Positions 17,897 to 25,741 of a stretch of 29,205 nucleotides of DNA are shown here, in pieces. The stretch is from a bacterium. Lineage in GTDB: Bacteria > Krumholzibacteriota > Krumholzibacteriia > LZORAL124-64-63. Below the pieces are notes generated by a model, which was given only the letters and a program-made list of their open reading frames with translations, was not told the DNA's origin and made no database searches. The position numbers and the translations under genes are program-made. The DNA lies in NCBI GenBank assembly GCA_003353795.1, contig PIVY01000046.1:1-29205 (forward strand), read 5' to 3'. Each line of letters starts with the position of its first letter. The stretch's first letter is position 1.

Positions 17897-18835
17897 ATGG
17901 ACAAGCCCGCCGATATCGCCCGCTCCCTGTCCCGCCGGGGATTCCTGTTCACCTCGACCCTCGCGGCTGCCGGCGCTCTCGGTGCCCGGACAGCCCATGG
18001 TCAGTGCGAGCTCACCACCACTGACATCCTCGGTCCGTTCCACGTGGCGGATGCTCCCATGCGGACCGTCCTCGCCTCGCCCGACGAGCCCGGCGCCCGT
18101 CTCTTCATCGACGGCCGCGTTTTCGCGCGCGACTGCGCCGACCCCGTTGCCGGCGCCGTGGTGGACGTGTGGCACGCCACGGACGACGGCTGCTACAGCG
18201 TGCACGAGGCATGTCCCGACGAGGACCCCTTCAATTGCCGAGGCCAGATGATCACCGACGCGGCCGGGGCCTTCGCCTTCGAGACCATCCTGCCGGGGCG
18301 GTATCTCAACGGCGCCACCTTCCGACCGCGGCATCTGCACGTGATCTTCAGTCCCCCCGACGGCGCGGCCCTCACCACGCAGATCTACTTCGCCGGCGAT
18401 CCCTACATCGACGAGGACCGCTGGGCCAGCGATCCCGACGCCGCGGCCCGGATCATCCCGCTCATCGAGGATGGGGAGGCGTTTCGCGGTCTGCTGGAGA
18501 TCAATCTGGACGTGGATACCACGACTGCTGTCCCTGGCGACGATCACGGACTGCCCACGGCGACGACCCTGCTGCAGAACTACCCCAATCCGTTCAATCC
18601 GATGACCACGCTCCGTTACCAGCTCCGCGTGGCGGCTGCAGTGAACCTGGACGTGTTCACGGCCGACGGCCGGTTTGTGCAGACCCTGGTGAGCGAGCAC
18701 CAATCGACCGGTTACCATTCGGTCCGATGGACGGGTCGCGATTCGGCCGGTCGCGAGGTGCCCAGTGGGGTCTATCTGGCGCGATTGACGGCCGGTAGCC
18801 TCGTCGAGACCCGGAAGCTGCATCTCATTCGATAG
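17897..18835 (+). CDS. Tat-signal intradiol ring-cleavage dioxygenase-like protein with a C-terminal FlgD-Ig/T9SS-type sorting domain
   Basis: Twin-arginine motif SRRGFLF. Intradiol dioxygenase signatures VVDVWHATDDGCYS and FRPRHLHV. C-terminal LLQNYPNPFNPMTTLRYQL...SGVYLARLTAGSLVETRKLHLIR. GGAGG 6 nt upstream of the ATG. Confidence 0.85.
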   Translation: MDKPADIARSLSRRGFLFTSTLAAAGALGARTAHGQCELTTTDILGPFHVADAPMRTVLASPDEPGARLFIDGRVFARDCADPVAGAVVDVWHATDDGCYSVHEACPDEDPFNCRGQMITDAAGAFAFETILPGRYLNGATFRPRHLHVIFSPPDGAALTTQIYFAGDPYIDEDRWASDPDAAARIIPLIEDGEAFRGLLEINLDVDTTTAVPGDDHGLPTATTLLQNYPNPFNPMTTLRYQLRVAAAVNLDVFTADGRFVQTLVSEHQSTGYHSVRWTGRDSAGREVPSGVYLARLTAGSLVETRKLHLIR

Positions 18836-18852
18836 ACCGCATTCGACGCCAG

Positions 18853-18886
18853 ATCATTCCGTGGCAGTCAATCAGACTGCCTTTGA
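18853..18886 (+). terminator. Rho-independent terminator after the dioxygenase-like gene
   Basis: GGCAGTC-aatca-GACTGCC (7-bp stem) followed by TTTGATTTTAATTT. Confidence 0.6.
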
Positions 18887-19026
18887 TTTTAATTTCATAT
18901 CATGAAGTAAATAGCCGCCATTATCCCAACCTGCCGCCAGATCGCGTCATGGGGAACGATCGTCGGCTCTTCTTCGTCCCGCGGTGTGGCGGAGCCGGTC
19001 GCCGAATACCGTCCCAGAAAAAGCCC

Positions 19027-19072
19027 TTGACCAACGAAATGCCCTGATCTAAGCTTCACGACACGAAGTGAA
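19027..19072 (+). promoter_or_regulatory. Putative promoter of the microcompartment operon, with an overlapping inverted-repeat operator candidate
   Basis: TTGACC (19027-32), 17-nt spacer, TAAGCT (19050-55). The inverted repeat TTCAC-N8-GTGAA (19055-19072) spans the predicted transcription start. Confidence 0.35.
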
Positions 19073-19133
19073 TGTGCGGTCCGCGGGGGCGATGGAGCCG
19101 CTGTCGTCATGAGCCGGATATGGGTTTCATCAA

Positions 19134-19490
19134 ATGAAGGCAAACGATCTCGACGAGGTCCTGGGAATCCCCGCTCGGTTGGCCATCGTGGCGACCTTGA
19201 TGCCGGGACGGCAGCTGTCGTTCACCACACTTGGCGAGCAGACAGGAATCGCCGCCGGCAACCTGCACGTGCAGACGCGGAAACTCGTGGACGCGGGCTA
19301 CATCGTTGCCGAGCGGGGCAGGCAGGGTGGACGGGGCGTCACCCGATTCGAGATCACCGAACGCGGGAGGCTCCGATACCAGGAGCACGTGCGGAACCTG
19401 CGAGACGCCATCGAGGGACCTTTCGGGGTGGCTCGCGCGGCCACGGATTCCGGGCCGGTACGGCCGGGCGACCCCTCGAGGGTCTGGTAA
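19134..19490 (+). CDS. Winged-helix transcriptional regulator (HTH_34/ArsR-like wHTH)
   Basis: 118 aa. [48 protein letters not shown]...RFEITERGR matches the winged-helix DNA-binding (HTH_34) consensus. It is the first gene of the BMC operon. Confidence 0.8.
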   Translation: MKANDLDEVLGIPARLAIVATLMPGRQLSFTTLGEQTGIAAGNLHVQTRKLVDAGYIVAERGRQGGRGVTRFEITERGRLRYQEHVRNLRDAIEGPFGVARAATDSGPVRPGDPSRVW

Positions 19491-19506
19491 TCATGCGAGG
19501 ATCGAG

Positions 19507-20805
19507 ATGATGATCGCCATTGGCGCAGATCACGGCGGATTCGAGCTCAAGCAGAAGCTGTTGAAGCACTTGCAGGGTCGGGGCCACCAGGTTCAGGACG
19601 TGGGGACCGGCTCCACCGATGCCGTCGACTACCCCGTCTTCGCCCGCAAGGTGGCCGAGGCCGTGGCCTCGGGAGCGGCCGAGCGAGGCATCATGATCGA
19701 CGGCGCCGGCATCGGCTCGTCCATGGTGGCCAACAAGGTGCCGGGCGTGCGCGCGGCCATGGCCTACGACGTGTCCAGCGCCCGCAACGGCCGCGAGCAC
19801 AACGACGCCAACCTGCTCACCCTGGGCGCGGGGCTCATCGGGGCCAACCTGGCCGCCCAGATCGTGGACGTGTTTCTGAATACAGTATGCAGCGAATCGC
19901 GCCACCAGCGCCGTGTGGCCATGATCGAGTCCGCCCCGACCGGCGGCGGCGCCACTCTCGGCATCTCGGACGCCGATTTCGCACGGGTCATCCAGCGGCT
20001 CGAATCCCTGACCGGCGATCGTGCTGGCCAGGCGGGTCCCTGCGTGGGCAGTTGCCCGGACACCGCCCGTCATTTCATCGGCCTCGGCGCCCGCCGCCTC
20101 ACCACTGGCCCCGGCAGCCCCGGCCGCATTCCCGAGGAACTGGCCCGCTACATCGACCACACCATTCTCAAGCCCGACGCCACCATCGAGATGATCGACA
20201 CCATCATCGCCGAGGCGCGCGAGCACGGTTTCCGTTCGGTCTGCGTGAACCCCTGCTGGGTGAAACGCGTGGCCGACGGCCTGCGCGGAACACGTGTGTT
20301 GACCTGCTCGGTGGTGGGATTTCCTCTCGGCGCCAGCGTCCCCGAGATGAAGGGCATGGAATCCCGCCGCGCCATTCGCGACGGGGCCAAGGAGATTGAC
20401 ATGGTCATCAACGTCGGTCGTCTCAAGGCCGGCGACGACGCCTACGTGCTGCGCGACATCATGGCCGTGACCGACGCCTGCCGCGACGGCAGTGCCGTGA
20501 GCAAGGTCATCATCGAGACCGCGCTGTTGACCGACGAGGAGAAGGTGCGCGCCTGTGAGCTGTCCAAGCGCGCGCGGGCCAACTTCGTGAAGACGTCCAC
20601 CGGATTCGCCTCGTCGGGCGCCACGGCCGAGGACATCGCGCTGATGGCCGGCATGGTGCATCCGGCCGGCATGGAAGTGAAGGCGTCCGGAGGCATCCGC
20701 ACCTTCGACGACGCCCGCCGCATGATCGACGCCGGCGCCACCCGTATCGGCGCCAGCGCCAGCATCGCCATCGTGGAAGAGGCCCAGAAGACTGCGAAAG
20801 TTTGA
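19507..20805 (+). CDS. Fusion enzyme: ribose-5-phosphate isomerase B (RpiB/LacAB) domain + linker + deoxyribose-phosphate aldolase (DeoC)
   Basis: I reset the start to ATGATG at 19507, with GAGGA 5 nt upstream and right after the regulator stop. The track ORF from 19231 overlaps the regulator out of frame. The RpiB domain runs [15 protein letters not shown]...GGG...RHQRRV. The DeoC domain has [23 protein letters not shown], the Schiff-base FVKTSTGF and VKASGGIRT. Confidence 0.9.
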   Translation: MMIAIGADHGGFELKQKLLKHLQGRGHQVQDVGTGSTDAVDYPVFARKVAEAVASGAAERGIMIDGAGIGSSMVANKVPGVRAAMAYDVSSARNGREHNDANLLTLGAGLIGANLAAQIVDVFLNTVCSESRHQRRVAMIESAPTGGGATLGISDADFARVIQRLESLTGDRAGQAGPCVGSCPDTARHFIGLGARRLTTGPGSPGRIPEELARYIDHTILKPDATIEMIDTIIAEAREHGFRSVCVNPCWVKRVADGLRGTRVLTCSVVGFPLGASVPEMKGMESRRAIRDGAKEIDMVINVGRLKAGDDAYVLRDIMAVTDACRDGSAVSKVIIETALLTDEEKVRACELSKRARANFVKTSTGFASSGATAEDIALMAGMVHPAGMEVKASGGIRTFDDARRMIDAGATRIGASASIAIVEEAQKTAKV

Positions 20806-20815
20806 GGGGACGAGC

Positions 20816-21436
20816 ATGGTCGACCTGAGAGCCTACTGCGTAATCGACAGCCTGCAGCCCCAGTTCGCCTCGTTCCAGGCGACCGTGGCCCAGGGGTTCC
20901 TGCCCAAGGTGGGGCAGGCCAGCCTGTTCGTGGAGATCGCACCGGGCATCGAGATCAACCGGGTCATGGACGTGGCGCTCAAATCCACGTCGGTGACACC
21001 GGGCATGCAGATCGTCGAGCGGCACTTCGGCATGCTCGAGGTGCACTCCGACAGTCAGGCCGAGGTACGGCAGGCGGGCATCTCCATCCTCGAGGCCCTT
21101 GAGCTCAAGGAGGAGGAGCGCCTCAAGCCGCGCATCGTCTCGGATCAGGTGGTGCGACATCTCGACGACCACCAGTGCATGCTCATCAACCGCATGCGCC
21201 ACGGCAACCTGATCCTCAGCGGCGAGACGCTCTTCATCCTGGAGTGCGAACCGGCCGCGTACGCCGCGCTGGCAGCCAACGAGGCCGAGAAGGCCGCGCA
21301 CATCAACATCCTCGAGGTCCGTTCGTTCGGAAGCTTCGGGCGCGTGTACATCGGCGGCGAGGAAAAAGACGTGGAAGTGGCCCGACCGGCGGCGGTCGCG
21401 GCCCTGGATTCCCTGAACGGTAGAACGATCAAGTAA
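20816..21436 (+). CDS. Tandem BMC-domain shell protein (BMC-T, pseudohexamer/trimer type)
   Basis: 206 aa. The second half ([28 protein letters not shown]...[23 protein letters not shown]) aligns position-by-position with the canonical BMC fold ([26 protein letters not shown]...GDVxAVxAA). The first half ([23 protein letters not shown]...[17 protein letters not shown]) is a diverged copy. GAGGGGA SD. Confidence 0.7.
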   Translation: MVDLRAYCVIDSLQPQFASFQATVAQGFLPKVGQASLFVEIAPGIEINRVMDVALKSTSVTPGMQIVERHFGMLEVHSDSQAEVRQAGISILEALELKEEERLKPRIVSDQVVRHLDDHQCMLINRMRHGNLILSGETLFILECEPAAYAALAANEAEKAAHINILEVRSFGSFGRVYIGGEEKDVEVARPAAVAALDSLNGRTIK

Positions 21437-21450
21437 CAGGAGGAACGGCA

Positions 21451-21741
21451 ATGGCAGACGCTCTGGGTATGATCGAGTGCCGGTGTTTTTCGGCCACGGT
21501 GGAGGCCGCCGACGCCATGGTGAAGGCCGCTCGCGTGGATCTGGTGGGCTACGAGAAGACCGGTGGCGGCTACACCACCGCCATCGTGCGGGGCGACGTG
21601 GCCGCGGTGAAGGCCGCCTGCGAGGCCGGCCAGAACGCCGCCACCCGCGTGGGTGAAGTGGTGGCCGTGCACGTGATCGCGCGTCCACACTCCAACGTGG
21701 ACGCGGTGATCCCGTTGGGTCGCCAGACCGCCGAGGCGTAG
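21451..21741 (+). CDS. BMC-H hexameric shell protein (PduA/EutM/CcmK type)
   Basis: [57 protein letters not shown]...[17 protein letters not shown]. Confidence 0.95.
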   Translation: MADALGMIECRCFSATVEAADAMVKAARVDLVGYEKTGGGYTTAIVRGDVAAVKAACEAGQNAATRVGEVVAVHVIARPHSNVDAVIPLGRQTAEA

Positions 21742-21745
21742 ACCC

Positions 21746-22042
21746 ATGCTACTGGCACGGGTGCTGGGCCGGGTGGTGGCCACGCGCAAGGACGAGAAGC
21801 TCGAGGGCCTCAAGCTGCTCATGCTGGGCGTGGCGGGCCCCGACGGCAAGCTCACCGGCGCGAGCCTGGTCGCCGTCGATGCCGTGGGCGCGGGCGAGGG
21901 CGAGTACGTTCTCTATGCCGCGGGCTCGTCGGCGCGTCAGACCACCGTCACCGACCAGAAACCGGTGGACGCGGTCATCATGGCCATCGTGGACAGCTGG
22001 GACATCGAGGGCACCGAGAAGTACCGCAAGGGTAACGAGTGA
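21746..22042 (+). CDS. BMC-P pentameric vertex protein (EutN/CcmL/PduN family), copy 1
   Basis: MLLARVLGRVVATRKDEKLEGLKLLML...AVDAVGAGEGEYVLY. The stop overlaps the aldehyde dehydrogenase start (ATGA). Confidence 0.9.
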   Translation: MLLARVLGRVVATRKDEKLEGLKLLMLGVAGPDGKLTGASLVAVDAVGAGEGEYVLYAAGSSARQTTVTDQKPVDAVIMAIVDSWDIEGTEKYRKGNE

Positions 22043-23541
22043 TGGCGCGGCTCACCGACGCGCAGGTCGATCACATCGCCCGGGAACTCGCGGGGCGTCT
22101 CGGGGTTAGCGGTAAGTCGAACACATGGACCGACAAGACGATTACGGCGGCGATCAGGCCGGTCGCGGTGGCTTCTCCGGGCACCGCACCGGCCGCCGCT
22201 GTATCTGAACCCGGAAGCGGCGGCGTCTTCGCCACCATCGACGAGTGCGTGGCCGCTGCGCGAACCGCCTTCGAGGAACTGCGGGGCATGTCCCTGCAGA
22301 AACGCGCCGAGATCATCGCCGCCTACCGCGCCGCCATGCTGCGCGAGGCCGAGAGCCTGGCGCGCGAGGCGGTGCAGGAGACCCGGCTCGGTCGCGTCGA
22401 GCACAAGGTGATCAAGAACCGACTCGTGACCGAGGCCACGCCGGGCACCGAGATCCTGGTACCCAACGCCGCGAGCGGCGACGACGGACTGACGCTCATG
22501 GAGTGGGCGCCGTTCGGGGTGATCGGCGCCATCACGCCGACGACCAATCCCACCAGCACGATCATCTGCAACACCATCGGCATGGTGGCCGCGGGCAACA
22601 GCGTGGTCTTCAACGCGCACCCCAGCGCCAAGCGGTGTTCGCTGTCGACGGTGCGCCACCTGAACGCCGCCGCCGAGTCGGTGGGCGGGCCGCCCAACCT
22701 GGCGTGCGCGGTGGCCGAACCCACCATCGAGACCGCCACGGCGCTCATGCACCACAAGGGAATCAACCTGCTCGTGGTCACCGGCGGACCCGGCGTGGTG
22801 AAGGCCGCCATGAACAGCGGCAAGCGCGCGGTGTGCGCGGGTCCAGGCAATCCGCCGGTAGTGGTGGACGACACGGCCGATCTCGAGCGTGCGGGTCGTG
22901 ACATCGTGCATGGCGCCGGATTCGACAACAACGTCATCTGCGTGGACGAGAAGCAGGTATTCGTCACGGCGACGGCGGCGGATAAACTCCTCGATTCCAT
23001 GCGCGCGGCCGGGGCGTACGTCGCTTCATCCGATGAAGTCAGGCGCCTGGAGAAGCACATCTTCCAGGAGATCCGCGGCCCGCGCACCCACGGCGTGATC
23101 AACAAGCAGTTCGTGGGCAAGAACGCCGGGGTGATCCTGGCGGCGGCGGGCATCAAGACGGCCGGCGACGTTCCGCTCGTCGTGGCCGACGTGTCGGAGG
23201 ACCATCCGCTGGTCTGGAGCGAACAGCTCATGCCCGTGCTGCCGGTAGTGCGGGTGTCGCACGTGGCGCGGGGGATCAAGCTGGCGAAGGAGTCGGAGCA
23301 CGGGTTCGGGCATTCGGCCAGCATGCACTCCCACGACATCCAGGCCCTGAGCACCATGGCCCGCGAGATCAACACCAGCATCTTCGTCAAGAACGGGCCC
23401 ATCGTGGCGGGTCTCGCGGCCGGCGGCGAGGGCTTCACCAGCTTCACCATCGCCAGCCCCACCGGTGAGGGCATGACCTCGCCGCTCAGCTTCTCGCGGC
23501 AACGGCGGTGCGTGATGGTCGACCACTTCCGGATCGTGTAA
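22039..23541 (+). CDS. CoA-acylating aldehyde dehydrogenase (PduP/EutE-like) with an N-terminal encapsulation peptide and a Pro/Ala-rich linker
   Basis: 500 aa. N-terminal amphipathic helix LTDAQVDHIARELAGRL, then a ~45-aa A/P/G/S/T-rich linker. The ALDH core carries the catalytic Cys in GFDNNVICVDEKQ. The antisense ORFs 22323..23867- and 23026..24312- are shadows. Confidence 0.9.
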   Translation: MMARLTDAQVDHIARELAGRLGVSGKSNTWTDKTITAAIRPVAVASPGTAPAAAVSEPGSGGVFATIDECVAAARTAFEELRGMSLQKRAEIIAAYRAAMLREAESLAREAVQETRLGRVEHKVIKNRLVTEATPGTEILVPNAASGDDGLTLMEWAPFGVIGAITPTTNPTSTIICNTIGMVAAGNSVVFNAHPSAKRCSLSTVRHLNAAAESVGGPPNLACAVAEPTIETATALMHHKGINLLVVTGGPGVVKAAMNSGKRAVCAGPGNPPVVVDDTADLERAGRDIVHGAGFDNNVICVDEKQVFVTATAADKLLDSMRAAGAYVASSDEVRRLEKHIFQEIRGPRTHGVINKQFVGKNAGVILAAAGIKTAGDVPLVVADVSEDHPLVWSEQLMPVLPVVRVSHVARGIKLAKESEHGFGHSASMHSHDIQALSTMAREINTSIFVKNGPIVAGLAAGGEGFTSFTIASPTGEGMTSPLSFSRQRRCVMVDHFRIV

Positions 23542-23545
23542 CAGC

Positions 23546-24163
23546 ATGCAACAGGCACTGGCACTCCTCGAGTTCTCGGGCGCGGTGGCGGGCATCGCCG
23601 CCGTGGACCGCATGCTGAAAATGTCGCCCGTGGCGCTGCTGCGCTGCGGGACCGTGCATCCGGGTCGGTACCTGGTGCTGGTGGGCGGCTCGGTGGCGGC
23701 CACCGAGGAGGCGCACGCGGCAGCGGTGGCCGTGGGGTGCGAACTCGGCGCGTTGCATGACGAGGTCTGCCTGCCGGATCCGCATCCGCAACTGGCGGCC
23801 GCAGTCGGCGGAGATCGGCGCGCCGCCGAGGGTGAGGCGCTGGGCGTGATGGAGATCGCGACGTCACCGGGAATGCTTCGGGCGGTGGACGTCGCGCTCA
23901 AGGCGGTGCCGGTGGACCTGGTGGAGGTCCGGCTGGCCGATGATCTGGGCGGTCGCGCGCTGGCGGTGATCAGCGGCTCGCTCACCGACGTGCAGGAAGC
24001 GCTGGACATGGCTCGCGACCGTGGTGGCGAGACGGCCGGTTGGCTGGGTGGGACGGTGCTGCCGCGCCTCGACGACACCCTGCGCGACGTGCTGGGCGAG
24101 GGCACGAGTTTCCAGGCCTGCCGCTCGTGGGAACCCGCGGGCGCCGAGACGGTGGAGGAGTAG
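23546..24163 (+). CDS. Tandem BMC-domain shell protein, PduT-like (BMC-T)
   Basis: Two canonical BMC domains: ALALLEFSGAVAGIAAVDRMLKMSPVALL...GRYLVLVGGSVAATEEAHAAAV and ALGVMEIATSPGMLRAVDVALKAVPVDLVEV...GRALAVISGSLTDVQEALDMA. Confidence 0.85.
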   Translation: MQQALALLEFSGAVAGIAAVDRMLKMSPVALLRCGTVHPGRYLVLVGGSVAATEEAHAAAVAVGCELGALHDEVCLPDPHPQLAAAVGGDRRAAEGEALGVMEIATSPGMLRAVDVALKAVPVDLVEVRLADDLGGRALAVISGSLTDVQEALDMARDRGGETAGWLGGTVLPRLDDTLRDVLGEGTSFQACRSWEPAGAETVEE

Positions 24164-24166
24164 CGC

Positions 24167-24475
24167 ATGTTCCTTGGCCGCGTGATCGGAAGACTGGTGC
24201 CGGCGGTGGTGACCGCGGGCATGGAGGGGATCCCCCTCTTGTGGGTGCAGCCGCTGGACAAGTTCGGTGAGCCCGACGGGCTGGCATTCGTCTGCGCCGA
24301 TGGCACGCGCATGGCCGGGCCGGGCGAAACTGTCTACTGGGAAGCGAGTCGCGAGGCGGCGCTCACGCTGGAGCCGAGCTTCGTGCCGGTGGACCACGCG
24401 GTGGTGGGGATCGTGGACGACGTGCGGCTGGACGAGGTCGCCAAGCCGAAGCGGCGCAGGAGGAAGAAATCATGA
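24167..24475 (+). CDS. BMC-P pentameric vertex protein, copy 2, with a poly-basic C-terminal tail
   Basis: MFLGRVIGRLVPAVVTAGMEGIPLLWVQPLD... EutN/CcmL fold. Ends ...KPKRRRRKKS. Confidence 0.85.
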   Translation: MFLGRVIGRLVPAVVTAGMEGIPLLWVQPLDKFGEPDGLAFVCADGTRMAGPGETVYWEASREAALTLEPSFVPVDHAVVGIVDDVRLDEVAKPKRRRRKKS

Positions 24476-24735
24476 TCCTCGCGCGCGTCTGCGGCAGCCT
24501 CGTGTCGACCATCCATCACGACAGTATGAATGGGCGGAAGCTGCTGGTGCTCGACAAGCTTGATCAGGACGGTGAGCCGACTGGGGGGTATGTGATCGCC
24601 GTGGATACCGTGGGGGCCGGCGCCGGCGAGACCGTGATCATGCTGGACGAGGGGAACGGGGCGCGGCAGATCCTCGGCGAAGCGGATCTGCCGGTGCGGT
24701 CGGTGGTGGTGGGGATCGTGGATGAGGTGGGCTAG
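24472..24735 (+). CDS. BMC-P pentameric vertex protein, copy 3
   Basis: MILARVCGSLVSTIHHDSMNGRKLLVLDKLD...VIAVDTVGAGAGETVIMLDEG. Its start overlaps the copy-2 stop (ATGA). Confidence 0.85.
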   Translation: MILARVCGSLVSTIHHDSMNGRKLLVLDKLDQDGEPTGGYVIAVDTVGAGAGETVIMLDEGNGARQILGEADLPVRSVVVGIVDEVG

Positions 24736-24811
24736 CTCTGGCGTCCTCTACTTACCCGGCCTCCGACCTGCATGAAACTCCCACACGCGACAGAATCTCT
24801 TGCGGGATGAG

Positions 24812-24881
24812 CTCATCTCAACACCTCCGGGCTACACATAAGTAGCCTTTTCGAGATGTCGGAAAAAGGCAGGCAAGTCCA
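24812..24881. repeat. Left copy of a ~68-bp imperfect inverted repeat pair (partner at 28227..28294)
   Basis: The reverse complement of 24812-24881 matches 28227-28294 with 2 mismatches and 1 single-base indel over ~68 bp (TGGACTTGCCTGCC-TTTTCCGACATCTCGAAAAGG-CTTATGTGTAGCC-GGAGGTGTTGAGATGA). I aligned it by hand. Confidence 0.8.
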
Positions 24882-24933
24882 GACCCGGGTACTCGCGGGG
24901 TAACGAAACCGGGGGCCGCAGGGCCTCGATCGC

Positions 24934-25596
24934 CTAGTTCGCCGCCTGCGCTTCGGTCAGCCCGAACAGATCGAACGGCGGCTGCGCGAAGTTCTCGTGG
25001 AAGAGCACCGCGACCAGCACGACATAGCCGACGAAGGCCAGAATGATCACCGCCTGCACCGGCGACGTCTTCTGGATCTCCTGGCGCGATTTCACATCGC
25101 AAACCTCTCCCGGACAGTACTGGGCCTTGTCCCGGTAGATCAGCGAGTAGACCTTGCAGCCGATGCAGATCCCGAACGACGTCTCGAAGAAGAGGAAAAC
25201 CAGGCAGATCAGGCAGATCAATCCGGTAATGGGGCTGAACGAATTCACGACCACCTGCAGCGCGAACATGACCGTCGCCAGCACGATCCCGATGATCCAG
25301 GCAAACTTCTTCTGCTGGGCGCCGACGTATTCGGGGGTCTGGTTGCGCACGATCCAGCGACCCATGATCAGCGAGGGCGCATAGCGCGGATTGATCAGGA
25401 CCCGGATCAGGATGTCGGTCAGGAAGATGGTGACCGCGTACTTCAGCAGCGTGAAATCGCTCTTCATGATGGCCATCAGTATGGCGACGAACATCACGAC
25501 GAAGAGGATGCCGGCACCGGCGCGGATCTCGCGCTCGTTCAGGACGGGGATCTCGAAACCCGGTACCGTTTCGCCGAATTGAATGACCTTGCCCAT
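24934..25596 (-). CDS. Integral membrane protein, DUF4395-like (4 TM, conserved Cys pairs)
   Basis: 220 aa. N-terminus MGKVIQFGETVPGFEIPVLNEREIRAGAG, then hydrophobic helices. CIGC and CPGEVC motifs. GC somewhat lower than the window average. Confidence 0.65.
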   Translation of the reverse strand: MGKVIQFGETVPGFEIPVLNEREIRAGAGILFVVMFVAILMAIMKSDFTLLKYAVTIFLTDILIRVLINPRYAPSLIMGRWIVRNQTPEYVGAQQKKFAWIIGIVLATVMFALQVVVNSFSPITGLICLICLVFLFFETSFGICIGCKVYSLIYRDKAQYCPGEVCDVKSRQEIQKTSPVQAVIILAFVGYVVLVAVLFHENFAQPPFDLFGLTEAQAAN

Positions 25597-25741
25597 GAAC
25601 GACTACCGCCTTGTTGGGAGGTTGCTTCTGCGCCGACGGGCGTTTCCGCGTCGCGGACCAGAGCCGGCTGAATCGTGACACACTCGAACCGTGGGAATCT
25701 AGTACGCCGAGTCGCATTCGGCTCGTGAACAGCGACGGTTA

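Noticed and set aside
18895-19143. 82-aa - strand ORF in the intergenic region upstream of the BMC regulator
   Set aside because: It lies across the promoter/terminator region, has no SD, and has no coding-like composition.
19231-19506. Upstream extension of the RpiB-DeoC ORF to the ATG at 19231
   Set aside because: It overlaps the regulator gene out of frame and encodes Arg/Ser/Pro junk. ATGATG at 19507 has a proper SD and begins exactly at the conserved RpiB N-terminus.
19354-20817. 487-aa - strand ORF (also 22323..23867 -, 23026..24312 -, 20510..21688 -)
   Set aside because: Antisense or off-frame shadows of the RpiB-DeoC, aldehyde dehydrogenase and shell genes. They are Arg/Pro/Gly-rich with no recognisable domains.
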